A stretch of 64,000 bases of DNA from Balanoglossus misakiensis. Its lineage: Eukaryota > Animalia > Hemichordata. Positions 7,946 through 17,760 of the stretch are shown piece after piece (positions within the stretch are counted from its first letter, which is position 1; every line of letters starts with the position of its first letter). The notes beneath the pieces are model-generated. The model was not told where the DNA came from. It made no database searches and was given only the letters and a program-made list of their open reading frames with translations. A program made the position numbers and the translations under genes. Where the stretch lies: positions 1-64,000 of the forward strand of contig JBECUI020000040.1 of the NCBI GenBank assembly GCA_040954595.2, in the 5' to 3' direction.

Positions 7946-9865
7946 TTAGAAGGTCGTCACAGTCCACGTAGCACCACCCCATGTTCCACCATTAGCAGGA
8001 TAGCCCTGTGAACCGGCAGGGATTTGCAGTTCGGGGTCAGCAGCGATCGAGAAAAAAGTCGTGTCTGTCACGCTTGGAGCCATGGCAGCTTCTATCCTCA
8101 CCGTTTTGAGTGCTGTGCTGGCAAAAGCAAACCTATTGATGGTAGTAACGGAAGCAGGAATAGTGACACTGGCTAGAGAGGTACAATTCTGAAAAAGACT
8201 CTCTTCAATGCTTGTAACTCCCAAAGGAATAGTGACACTGGTTAGTGAGGAACAATTCTGAAAAGCACTCACACCAATGCTTGTAACTCCAAAAGGAATA
8301 GTGACACTGGTTAGTGAGCTACAATTCAGAAAAGCACCATCTCCAATGCTTGTAACTCCAAAAGGAATAGTGACACTGGCTAGAGAGGGACAACCCTCAA
8401 AAGCACTCCCTCCAATACTCGTAACCGAGTCAGGTATGCTAACAGATGTCATTTTATAGCTCTGAAATCCAACTCTAGCAATACTTGTCACCAGCTTCTC
8501 TGTTCCGCCATCATCAAAAACCTTCGGAATTACTAAGGCGCCAGTAAACGTAGAATCATGCCCTCCAACGCTCCCAGAGTAGGCCATACCCTCAAGAACC
8601 TTCAGGGTAATGGGCAACTCTAAACTTCCGGTGTAATTCCCACTCCCCCTTACGGTTATGGTGAAGGTATTGTTACCTGTGCTTGTCACAGCTGTCGGCG
8701 TGCCTAGTATCCTGCCGCTTATAACATTGCCATCAGCATCTTTCTCAAAATCTAAGCCTGCCGGTAAGGCCGGGCTAACTTCATAGCTGAGCTGCGCATC
8801 TGCAGGGACCTCTCCAGCAGAGAAAAGCAGTTCAAGTGATGTGTTAACAAGGTAGCCTTCGTCAACGCTATAGCTCATGGAGGAAGCTCTAATGTCTCTT
8901 GGGCTTATCTCCAGGGTAAGGGCGGCTGTTTTGCTGCCCTTGAAAGTACCGAAACCCTCGGCGCTAACGGTATAGGAATACTCACCGAGATCCATAGTGC
9001 TATTAGCCTCCAGGGTCAAAACGCCGGTGCTGCTGTTAAAAGACAGATCAGACGGTGGTGCAGGGTCAATGCTGTACCGGAGGGTCTGATCCACATCGCT
9101 CTGGCCTGACCATACCGGGCTGGCGCTGGATGATGTGGGGGAAGCGTATTCGGCCATGAGGCGGCTGTAGGTGAATGTCCCGCTAATCTCGGTTAGGGGA
9201 ACTGTGGGATCGATGACAACAACAAACAGTTCAGCTGTTATTGTTCCCCTATAGTTGCCCCTACCCTGGGCTGTCACAGTATAAGAATATTCACCGACAG
9301 ACAGCGTGCTCTCCAGGCTCAGTACACCCGTCTCTGAGTTAAAACTTGCACCCGCAGCAGCTGAGGGGCTGATGCTGTAGCTAAGGGTCTGATTCGCATC
9401 TTCCTGACCAGTCCATACAGGTTCCACGCTGCCCACGCTGCCCTCATCGACACTGATTCGTTCATACGAGAAGGTTCCAGTAATCACAGAAGCCTCGGGA
9501 TCAAAAACGCTGAAGCTTATTATTGCCGTTAGCCTCCCCCCATAGCTGCCCTGGCCCTGGACCCTAACGGTGTAGGTATAGTCACCGGCAAGCACCGTGC
9601 TGCCTATGCTGAGAATACCTGTCTCTGAATCAAAGGTTATACCCTCAGCAGGTGAGGGGCTGATGCTGTAGCTAAAGGTCTGATTCGCATCTTCCTGCCC
9701 TGTCCATACAGGCTCCACGCTGCCCCCCGTACCCTCAGCAAATTCAAGGCCCTGTCCATAGCTCAATGTACCGGTAATGGAGGTTTTCATTTCCGTATCA
9801 CAGGAAAACATGGCTGCCAGGAGCAATAAGGAGGTAAAAACAATTCCTAAGTTTGTCCATTTCAT
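7946..9865 (-). CDS. BspA/TpLRR surface lipoprotein with Ig-like stalk (cassette B)
   Basis: ORF 7946..9943, start reassigned to MKWTN; LRR repeats and lipobox present. Confidence 0.9.
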   Translation of the reverse strand: MKWTNLGIVFTSLLLLAAMFSCDTEMKTSITGTLSYGQGLEFAEGTGGSVEPVWTGQEDANQTFSYSISPSPAEGITFDSETGILSIGSTVLAGDYTYTVRVQGQGSYGGRLTAIISFSVFDPEASVITGTFSYERISVDEGSVGSVEPVWTGQEDANQTLSYSISPSAAAGASFNSETGVLSLESTLSVGEYSYTVTAQGRGNYRGTITAELFVVVIDPTVPLTEISGTFTYSRLMAEYASPTSSSASPVWSGQSDVDQTLRYSIDPAPPSDLSFNSSTGVLTLEANSTMDLGEYSYTVSAEGFGTFKGSKTAALTLEISPRDIRASSMSYSVDEGYLVNTSLELLFSAGEVPADAQLSYEVSPALPAGLDFEKDADGNVISGRILGTPTAVTSTGNNTFTITVRGSGNYTGSLELPITLKVLEGMAYSGSVGGHDSTFTGALVIPKVFDDGGTEKLVTSIARVGFQSYKMTSVSIPDSVTSIGGSAFEGCPSLASVTIPFGVTSIGDGAFLNCSSLTSVTIPFGVTSIGVSAFQNCSSLTSVTIPLGVTSIEESLFQNCTSLASVTIPASVTTINRFAFASTALKTVRIEAAMAPSVTDTTFFSIAADPELQIPAGSQGYPANGGTWGGATWTVTTF

Positions 9866-10020
9866 CTTGCCACACCCCCTTCCATAGCCAAGGGAGGCAT
9901 GGGAGCTTGACAGCTCAGCGACCCTGAATCCTGATGGGAACAAGGCCAGGATGGAAGTGAGGCGAATGAAATGTGAGGGAATAGAAAAAAGCCAGGCTTC
10001 CTTTTTATATTCTAACTCAC

Positions 10021-10136
10021 GTGAGTGAGTGAGTGAGTGAGTGAGTGAGTGAGTGAGTGAGTGAGTGAGTGAGTGAGTGAGTGAGTGAGTGAGTGAGTGA
10101 GTGAGTGAGTGAGTGAGTGAGTGAGTGAGTGAGTGA
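10021..10136 (-). repeat. (TCAC)29 microsatellite
   Basis: 116 bp of perfect (GTGA)n. Confidence 0.95.
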
Positions 10137-10525
10137 GTTCATACGCATAGTCTCCTTATCAGTTTGGTTTGAATTGGCCTAGTTTACTTTAATGATTCTT
10201 TTTTGTCAAGAGTGTTTTTTTAAATACAAAAATTACCTGCCGTGGAAATCCTAACGGGAAGCCTGTCTCCCTTTCTTTGCTTATACCGCCTCAACTCTGA
10301 GGAAACGGTATAAGGTTAGGAAAGGGGTTCCTGGTCTAAGGTGAAAGGATTGAGTGAAGCAAGGAGTTTTCAAGGATGCGTTAAAGAAGCTCCAAAGATC
10401 CCCCTCAGGGCTTTTCGGAGACTCTGGCTGGGCCACAACCCCATAAAGCCCGCCTTAGACGTCTGGGGGGGGAATAAGAAGGTTCTTCTTATTCCCCCCC
10501 CAGACTGCCTGGGACAAAAAAGCTA

Positions 10526-12445
10526 TTAGAAGGTCGTCACAGTCCACGTAGCACCACCCCATGTTCCACCATCAGCGGGATAGCCCTGTGAATCGGCAGG
10601 GATTTGCAGTTCGAGGCCAGCAGCGATCGAGGGAAAAGTCAGGTCTGTCACGCTTGGAGCCATGGCAGCTTCTATCCTCACCGTTTTGAGTGCTGTGTTG
10701 TTAAAAACAAACCTATTGATGGTAGTAACGGAAGCAGGAATAGTGACACTGGCTAGAGAGGTACAACCTTGAAAAAGACTCGCACCAATGCTTGTAACTC
10801 CCAAAGGAATAGTGACACTGGTTAGTGAGGTACAATTCTGAAAAGCTTCCAGTCCAATGCTTGTAACTCCCAAAGGAATAGTGACACTGGTTAGTGAGGT
10901 ACAACCCCAAAAAGCACCATCTCCAATGCTTGTAACTCCCAAAGGAATAGTGACACTGGCTAGAGAGGTACAACCCGAAAAAGCTTGCGTTCCAATACTC
11001 CTAACAGAGTCAGGTATGCTAACAGATGTCATTTTATAGTCCTGAAATCCAGTAATAGCAATACTTGTCACCAGCTTCTCTGTTCCGCTATCATCAAAAA
11101 CCTTCGGAATTACTATGGCGCCAGTAAACGTAGAATCATGCCCTCCAACGCTCCCAGAATAGGCCATACCCTCAAGAACCTTCAGGGTAATGGGCAACTC
11201 TAAACTTCCGGTGTAATTCCCACTCCCCCTTACGGTTATGGTGAAGGTATTGTTACCTGTGCTTGTCACAGCTGTCGGCGTGCCTAGTATCCTGCCGCTT
11301 ATAACATTGCCAGCAGCATCTTTCTCAAAATCTAAGCCTGCCGGTAAGGCCGGGCTAGCTTCATAGCTGAGCTGCGCATCTGCAGGGACCTCTCCAGCAG
11401 AGAAAAGCAGTTCAAGTGATGTGTTAACAAGGTAGCCTTCGTCAACGCTATAGCTCATGGAGGAAGCTCTAATGTCTCTTGGGCTTATCTCCAGGGTAAG
11501 GGCGGCTGTTTTGCTGCCCTTGAAAGTACCGAAACCCTCGGCGCTAACGGTATAGGAATACTCACCGAGATCCATAGTGCTATTAGCCTCCAGGGTCAAA
11601 ACGCCGGTGCTGCTGTTAAAAGACAGATCAGACGGTGGTGCAGGGTCAATGCTGTACCGGAGGGTCTGATCCACATCGCTCTGGCCTGACCATACCGGGC
11701 TGGCGCTGGATGATGTGGGGGAAGCGTATTCGGCCATGAGGCGGCTGTAGGTGAATGTCCCGCTAATCTCGGTTAGGGGAACTGTGGGATCGATGACAAC
11801 AACAAACAGATCGGCTGTGATTGTTCCCCTATAGTTGCCCCTACCCTGGGCTGTCACAGTATAAGAATATTCACCGACAGACAGCGTGCTCTCCAGGCTC
11901 AGTACACCCGTCTCTGAGTTAAAACTTGCACCCTCAGCAGCTGAGGGGCTGATGCTGTAGCTAAGGGTCTGATTCGCATCTTCCTGACCAGTCCATACAG
12001 GCTTCACGCTGCCCACGCTGCCCTCATCGACACTGATTCGTTCATACGAGAAGGTTCCAGTAATCACAGAAGCCTCGGGATCAAAAACGCTGAAGCTTAT
12101 TATTGCCGTTAGCCTCCCCCCGTAGCTTCCCTGGCCCTGGACCCTAACGGTGTAGGTATAGTCACCGGCAAGCACCGTGCTGCCTATGCTGAGAATACCT
12201 GTCTCTGAATCAAAGGTTATACCCTCAGCAGGTGAGGGGCTGATGCTGTAGCTAAAGGTCTGATTCGCATCTTCCTGCCCTGTCCATACAGGCTCCACGC
12301 TGCCCCCCGTACCCTCAGCAAATTCAAGGCCCTGTCCATAGCTCAATGTACCGGTAATGGAGGTTTTCATTTCCGTATCACAGGAAAACATGGCTGCCAG
12401 GAGCAATAAGGAGGTAAAAACAATTCCTAAGTTTGTCCATTTCAT
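10526..12445 (-). CDS. BspA/TpLRR surface lipoprotein with Ig-like stalk (cassette B)
   Basis: ORF 10526..12523, start reassigned to MKWTN. Confidence 0.9.
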   Translation of the reverse strand: MKWTNLGIVFTSLLLLAAMFSCDTEMKTSITGTLSYGQGLEFAEGTGGSVEPVWTGQEDANQTFSYSISPSPAEGITFDSETGILSIGSTVLAGDYTYTVRVQGQGSYGGRLTAIISFSVFDPEASVITGTFSYERISVDEGSVGSVKPVWTGQEDANQTLSYSISPSAAEGASFNSETGVLSLESTLSVGEYSYTVTAQGRGNYRGTITADLFVVVIDPTVPLTEISGTFTYSRLMAEYASPTSSSASPVWSGQSDVDQTLRYSIDPAPPSDLSFNSSTGVLTLEANSTMDLGEYSYTVSAEGFGTFKGSKTAALTLEISPRDIRASSMSYSVDEGYLVNTSLELLFSAGEVPADAQLSYEASPALPAGLDFEKDAAGNVISGRILGTPTAVTSTGNNTFTITVRGSGNYTGSLELPITLKVLEGMAYSGSVGGHDSTFTGAIVIPKVFDDSGTEKLVTSIAITGFQDYKMTSVSIPDSVRSIGTQAFSGCTSLASVTIPLGVTSIGDGAFWGCTSLTSVTIPLGVTSIGLEAFQNCTSLTSVTIPLGVTSIGASLFQGCTSLASVTIPASVTTINRFVFNNTALKTVRIEAAMAPSVTDLTFPSIAAGLELQIPADSQGYPADGGTWGGATWTVTTF

Positions 12446-12599
12446 CTTGCCACACCCCCTTCCATAGCCAAGGGAGGCATGGGAGCTTGACAGCTCAGCG
12501 ACCCTGAATCCTGATGGGAACAAGGCCAGGATGGAAGTGAGGCGAATGAAATGTGAGGGAATAGAAAAAAGCCAGGCTTCCTTTTATATTCTAACTCAC

Positions 12600-12655
12600 G
12601 TGAGTGAGTGAGTGAGTGAGTGAGTGAGTGAGTGAGTGAGTGAGTGAGTGAGTGA
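12600..12655 (-). repeat. (TCAC)14 microsatellite
   Basis: 56 bp of perfect (GTGA)n. Confidence 0.95.
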
Positions 12656-13049
12656 GTTCATACGCGTAGTCTCCTTATCAGTTTGGTTTGTAATTGGCCT
12701 AGTTTACTTTAATGATTCTTTTTTGTCAAGAGTGTTTTTTTAAATACAAAAATTACCTGCCGTGGAAATCCTAACGGGAAGCCTGTCTCCCTTTCTTTGC
12801 TTATACCGCCTCAACTCTGAGGAAACGGTATAAGGTTAGGAAAGGGGTTCCTGGTCTAAGGTGAAAGGATTGAGTGAAGCAAGGAGTTTTCAAGGATGCG
12901 TTAAAGAAGCTCCAAAGATCCCCCTCAGGGCTTTTCGGAGACTCTGGCTGGGCCACAACCCCATAAAGCCCGCCTTAGACGTCTGGGGGCAAATAAGAAG
13001 ATTCTTCTTATTGTTACCCCCCCCCAGACTGCCTGGGACAAAAAAGCTA

Positions 13050-14897
13050 TTAGAAGGTCGTCACAGTCCACGTAGCACCACCCCATGTTCCACCATTAGC
13101 GGGATAGCCCTGTGAACCGGCAGGAATTTGCAGTTCGGGGTCAGCAGCGATCGAGAAAAAAGTCGTGTCTGTCACGCTTGGAGCCATGGCAGCTTCTATT
13201 CTCACCGTTTTGAGTGCTGAGATGGTAAAAGCAACAGCTCCAATGCTTGTAACTCCCAAAGGAATAGTGACACTGGTTAGCGAAGTACCCTGAAAAGCAC
13301 CAAAACCAATGCTTGTAACTCCCAAAGGAATAGTGACACTGGTTAGTGAGTTACAAACCTGAAAAGCAAACTGTCCAATGCTTGTAACTCCCAAAGGAAT
13401 AGTGACACTGGTTAGAGAGGTACAACCCGAAAAAGCTTGCGTTCCAATACTCCTAACAGAGTCAGGTATGCTAACAGATGTCATTTTATAGCTCTGAAAT
13501 CCATTATCAGCAATACTTGTCACCAGCTTCTCTGTTCCGCCATCATCAAAAACCTTCGGAATTACTATGGCGCCAGTAAACGTAGAATCATGCCCTCCAA
13601 CGCTCCCAGTATAGGCCATACCCTCAAGAACCTTCAGGGTAATGGGCAACTCTAAACTTCCGGTGTAATTCCCACTCCCCCTTACGGTTATGGTGAAGGT
13701 ATTGTTACCTGTGCTTGTCACAGATGTCGGCGTGCCTAGTATCCTGCCGCTTATAACATTGCCATCAGCATCTTTCTCAAAATCTAAGCCTGCCGGTAAG
13801 GCCGGGCTAACTTCATAGCTGAGCTGCGCATCTGCTGGGACCTCTCCAGCAGAGAAAAGCAGTTCAAGTGATGTGTTAACAAGGTAGCCTTCGTCAACGC
13901 TATAGCTCATGGAGGAAGCTCTAATGTCTCTTGGGCTTATCTCCAGGGTAAGGGCGGCTGTTTTGCTGCCCTTGAAAGTACCGAAACCCTCGGCGCTAAC
14001 GGTATAGGAATACTCACCGAGCTCCATAGTGCTATTAGCCTCCAGGGTCAAAACGCCGGTGCTGCTGTTAAAAGACAGATCAGACGGTGGTGCAGGGTCA
14101 ATGCTGTACCGGAGGGTCTGATCCACATCGCTCTGGCCTGACCATACCGGGCTGGCGCTGGATGATGTGGGGAAAGCGTATTCGGCCATGAGGCGGCTGT
14201 AGGTGAATGTCCCGCTAATCTCGGTTAGGGGAACTGTGGGATCGATGACAACAACAAACAGATCGGCTGTTATTGTTCCCCTATAGTTGCCCCTACCCTG
14301 GGCTGTCACAGTATAAGAATATTCACCGACAAGCGCCGTGCTGCCTATGCTGAGAATACCTGTCTCTGAATCAAAAGTTATACCCTCAGCAGGTGAGGGG
14401 CTGATGCTGTAGCTAAAGGTCTGATTCGCATCTTCCTGACCTGTCCATACAGGCTCCACGCTGCCCACGCTGCCCTCATCGACACTGATTCGTTCATACG
14501 AGAAGGTTCCAGTAATCACAGAAGCCTCGGGATCAAAAACGCTGAAGCTTATTATTGCCGTTAGCCTCCCCCCATAGCTGCCCTGGCCCTGGACCCTAAC
14601 GGTGTAGGTATAGTCACCGGCAAGCACCGTGCTGCCTATGCTGAGAATACCTGTCTCTGGATCAAAAGTTATACCCTCAGCAGGTGAGGGGCTGATGCTG
14701 TAGCTAAAGGTCTGATTCGCATCTTCCTGCCCTGTCCATACAGGCTCCACGCTGCCCCCCGTACCCTCAGCAAATTCAAGGCCCTGTCCATAGCTCAATG
14801 TACCGGTAATGGAGGTTTTCATTTCCGTATCACAGGAAAACATGGCTGCCAGGAGCAATAAGGAGGTAAAAACAATTCCTAAGTTTGTCCATTTCAT
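13050..14897 (-). CDS. BspA/TpLRR surface lipoprotein with Ig-like stalk (cassette B, one LRR fewer)
   Basis: ORF 13050..14975, start reassigned to MKWTN. Confidence 0.9.
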   Translation of the reverse strand: MKWTNLGIVFTSLLLLAAMFSCDTEMKTSITGTLSYGQGLEFAEGTGGSVEPVWTGQEDANQTFSYSISPSPAEGITFDPETGILSIGSTVLAGDYTYTVRVQGQGSYGGRLTAIISFSVFDPEASVITGTFSYERISVDEGSVGSVEPVWTGQEDANQTFSYSISPSPAEGITFDSETGILSIGSTALVGEYSYTVTAQGRGNYRGTITADLFVVVIDPTVPLTEISGTFTYSRLMAEYAFPTSSSASPVWSGQSDVDQTLRYSIDPAPPSDLSFNSSTGVLTLEANSTMELGEYSYTVSAEGFGTFKGSKTAALTLEISPRDIRASSMSYSVDEGYLVNTSLELLFSAGEVPADAQLSYEVSPALPAGLDFEKDADGNVISGRILGTPTSVTSTGNNTFTITVRGSGNYTGSLELPITLKVLEGMAYTGSVGGHDSTFTGAIVIPKVFDDGGTEKLVTSIADNGFQSYKMTSVSIPDSVRSIGTQAFSGCTSLTSVTIPLGVTSIGQFAFQVCNSLTSVTIPLGVTSIGFGAFQGTSLTSVTIPLGVTSIGAVAFTISALKTVRIEAAMAPSVTDTTFFSIAADPELQIPAGSQGYPANGGTWGGATWTVTTF

Positions 14898-15051
14898 CTT
14901 GCCACACCCCCTTCCATAGCCAAGGGAGGCATGGGAGCTTGACAGCTCAGCGACCCTGAATCCTGATGGGAACAAGGCCAGGATGGAAGTGAGGCGAATG
15001 AAATGTGAGGGAATAGAAAAAAGCCAGGCTTCCTTTTATATTCTAACTCAC

Positions 15052-15159
15052 GTGAGTGAGTGAGTGAGTGAGTGAGTGAGTGAGTGAGTGAGTGAGTGAG
15101 TGAGTGAGTGAGTGAGTGAGTGAGTGAGTGAGTGAGTGAGTGAGTGAGTGAGTGAGTGA
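15052..15159 (-). repeat. (TCAC)27 microsatellite
   Basis: 108 bp of perfect (GTGA)n. Confidence 0.95.
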
Positions 15160-15555
15160 GTTCATACGCATAGTCTCCTTATCAGTTTGGTTTGAATTGG
15201 CCTAGTTTACTTTAATGATTCTTTTTTGTCAAGAGTGTTTTTTTAAATACAAAAATTACCTGCCGTGGAAATCCTAACGGGAAGCCTGTCTCCCTTTCTT
15301 TGCTTATACCGCCTCAACTCTGAGGAAACGGTATAAGGTTAGGAAAGGGGTTCCTGGTCTAAGGTGAAAGGATTGAGTGAAACAAGGAGTTTTCAAGGAT
15401 GCGTTAAAGAGTCTCCAAAGATCCCCCTCAGGGCTTTTCGGAGACTCTGACTGGGCCACAACCCCATAAAGCCCGCCTTAGACGTCTGGGGGGCAAATAA
15501 GAAGATTCTTCTTATTGTTCTTCCCCCCCCCAGACTGCCTGGGACAAAAAAGCTA

Positions 15556-17481
15556 TTAGAAGGTCGTCACAGTCCACGTAGCACCACCCCATGTTCCACC
15601 ATTAGCGGGATAGCCCTGTGAATCGGCAGGAATTTGCAGTTCGGGGTCAGGAGCGATCGAGGGAAAAGTCAGGTCTGTCACGCTTGGAGCCATGGCAGCT
15701 TCTATCCTCACCGTTTTGAGTGCTGTGTTGGTAAAAGCAAGCCTATTGATGGTAGTAACGGAAGCAGGAATAGTGACACTGGCTAGAGAGGTACAATTCT
15801 GAAAAAGACTCTCTTCAATGTTTGTAACTCCAAAAGGAATAGTGACACTGGTTAGTGAGGAACAACCCCAAAAAACAGCCCCTCCAATGCTTGTAACTCC
15901 CAAAGGAATAGTGACACTGGTTAGTGAGGTACAATTCTTAAAAGCAAGCTGTCCAATGCTTGTAACTCCCAAAGGAATAGTGACACTGGTTAGTGAGGTA
16001 CAACCAGAAAAAGCACTCACTCCTATACTCGTAACCGAGTCAGGTATGCTAACAGATGTCATTTTATAGTCCTGAAATCCAGTAATAGCAATACTTGTCA
16101 CCAGCTTCTCTGTTCCGCTATCATCAAAAACCTTCGGAATTACTAAGGCGCCAGTAAACGTAGAATCATGCCCTCCAACGCTCCCAGAGTAGGCCATACC
16201 CTCAAGAACCTTCAGGGTAATGGACAACTCTAAACTTCCGGTGTAATTCCCACTCCCCCTTACGGTTATGGTGAAGGTATTGTTACCTGTGCTTGTCACA
16301 GCTGTCGGCGTGCCTAGTATCCTGCCGCTTATAACATTGCCATCAGCATCTTTCTCAAAATCTAAGCCTGCCGGTAAGGCCGGGCTAACTTCATAGCTGA
16401 GCTGCGCATCTGCTGGGACCTCTCCAGCAGAGAAAAGCAGTTCAAGTGATGTGTTAACAAGGTAGCCTTCGTCAACGCTATAGCTCATGGAGGAAGCTCT
16501 AATGTCTCTTGGGCTTATCTCCAGGGTAAGGGCGGCTGTCTTGGTGCCCCTGAAAGTACCGAAACCCTCGGCGCTAACGGTATAGGAATACTCACCGAAA
16601 TCCATAGTGCTATTAGCCTCCAGGGTCAAAACGCCGGTGCTGCTGTTAAAAGACAGATCAGACGGTGGTGCAGGGTCAATGCTGTACCGGAGGGTCTGAT
16701 CCACATCGCTCTGGCCTGACCATACCGGGCTGGCGCTGAATGATGTGGGGAAAGCGTATTCGGCCATGAGGCGGCTGTAGGTGAATGTCCCGCTAATCTC
16801 GGTTAGGGGAACTGTGGGATCGATGACAACAACAAACAGATCGGCTGTTATTGTTCCCCTATAGTTGCCCCTACCCTGGGCTGTCACAGTATAAGAATAT
16901 TCACCGACAAGCGCCGTGCTGCCTATGCTGAGAATACCTGTCTCTGAATCAAAAGTTATACCCGCAGCAGCTGAGGGGCTGATGCTGTAGCTAAGGGTCT
17001 GATTCGCATCTTCCTGACCAGTCCATACAGGCTCCACGCTGCCCTCGCTGCCCTCATCGACACTGATTCGTTCATACGAGAAGGTTCCAGTAATCACAGA
17101 AGCCTCGGGATCAAAAACGCTGAAGCTTATAATTGCCGTTAGCCTCCCCCCATAGCTGCCCTGGCCCTGGACCCTAACGGTGTAGGTATAGTCACCGGCA
17201 AGCGCCGTGCTGCCTATGCTGAGAATACCTGTCTCTGAATCAAAGGTTATACCCTCAGTAGGTGAGGGGCTGATGCTGTAGCTAAAGGTCTGATTCGCAT
17301 CTTCCTGCCCTGTCCATACAGGCTCCACGCTGCCCCCCGTACCCTCAGCAAATTCAAGGCCCTGTCCATAGCTCAATGTACCGGTAATGGAGGTTTTCAT
17401 TTCCGTATCACAGGAAAACATGGCTGCCAGGAGCAATGCCCAGGAGAGGCCATGAAAGATTCGAATGCTTGTTAACTTCAT
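15556..17481 (-). CDS. BspA/TpLRR surface lipoprotein with Ig-like stalk (cassette A)
   Basis: MKLTSIRIFHGLSWALLLAAMFSC signal peptide and lipobox, AAGGAG RBS, LRR repeats. Confidence 0.9.
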   Translation of the reverse strand: MKLTSIRIFHGLSWALLLAAMFSCDTEMKTSITGTLSYGQGLEFAEGTGGSVEPVWTGQEDANQTFSYSISPSPTEGITFDSETGILSIGSTALAGDYTYTVRVQGQGSYGGRLTAIISFSVFDPEASVITGTFSYERISVDEGSEGSVEPVWTGQEDANQTLSYSISPSAAAGITFDSETGILSIGSTALVGEYSYTVTAQGRGNYRGTITADLFVVVIDPTVPLTEISGTFTYSRLMAEYAFPTSFSASPVWSGQSDVDQTLRYSIDPAPPSDLSFNSSTGVLTLEANSTMDFGEYSYTVSAEGFGTFRGTKTAALTLEISPRDIRASSMSYSVDEGYLVNTSLELLFSAGEVPADAQLSYEVSPALPAGLDFEKDADGNVISGRILGTPTAVTSTGNNTFTITVRGSGNYTGSLELSITLKVLEGMAYSGSVGGHDSTFTGALVIPKVFDDSGTEKLVTSIAITGFQDYKMTSVSIPDSVTSIGVSAFSGCTSLTSVTIPLGVTSIGQLAFKNCTSLTSVTIPLGVTSIGGAVFWGCSSLTSVTIPFGVTNIEESLFQNCTSLASVTIPASVTTINRLAFTNTALKTVRIEAAMAPSVTDLTFPSIAPDPELQIPADSQGYPANGGTWGGATWTVTTF

Positions 17482-17760
17482 CTCAAGAAACTCCTTTTCT
17501 TAAATTACATACTATCCTATACATACTAACTTATACATACTATCTCATTTCTGGAAAATCATAGAATATTGGAGAGATTTTCTGCCTGATAAGGGAGCTT
17601 AGCTGGAGTTTGTGGCTCTTATGGACCTGTTAGAAAGATTAGAGAGGCGCACTGGCTTACGGGGCTCAGCGTTGGAACACAAACCCATCTTAGACGTCTG
17701 GGGGGGGAATAAGAAGGTTCTTCTTATTCCCCCCCCAGACTGCCTGGGACAAAAAAGCTA

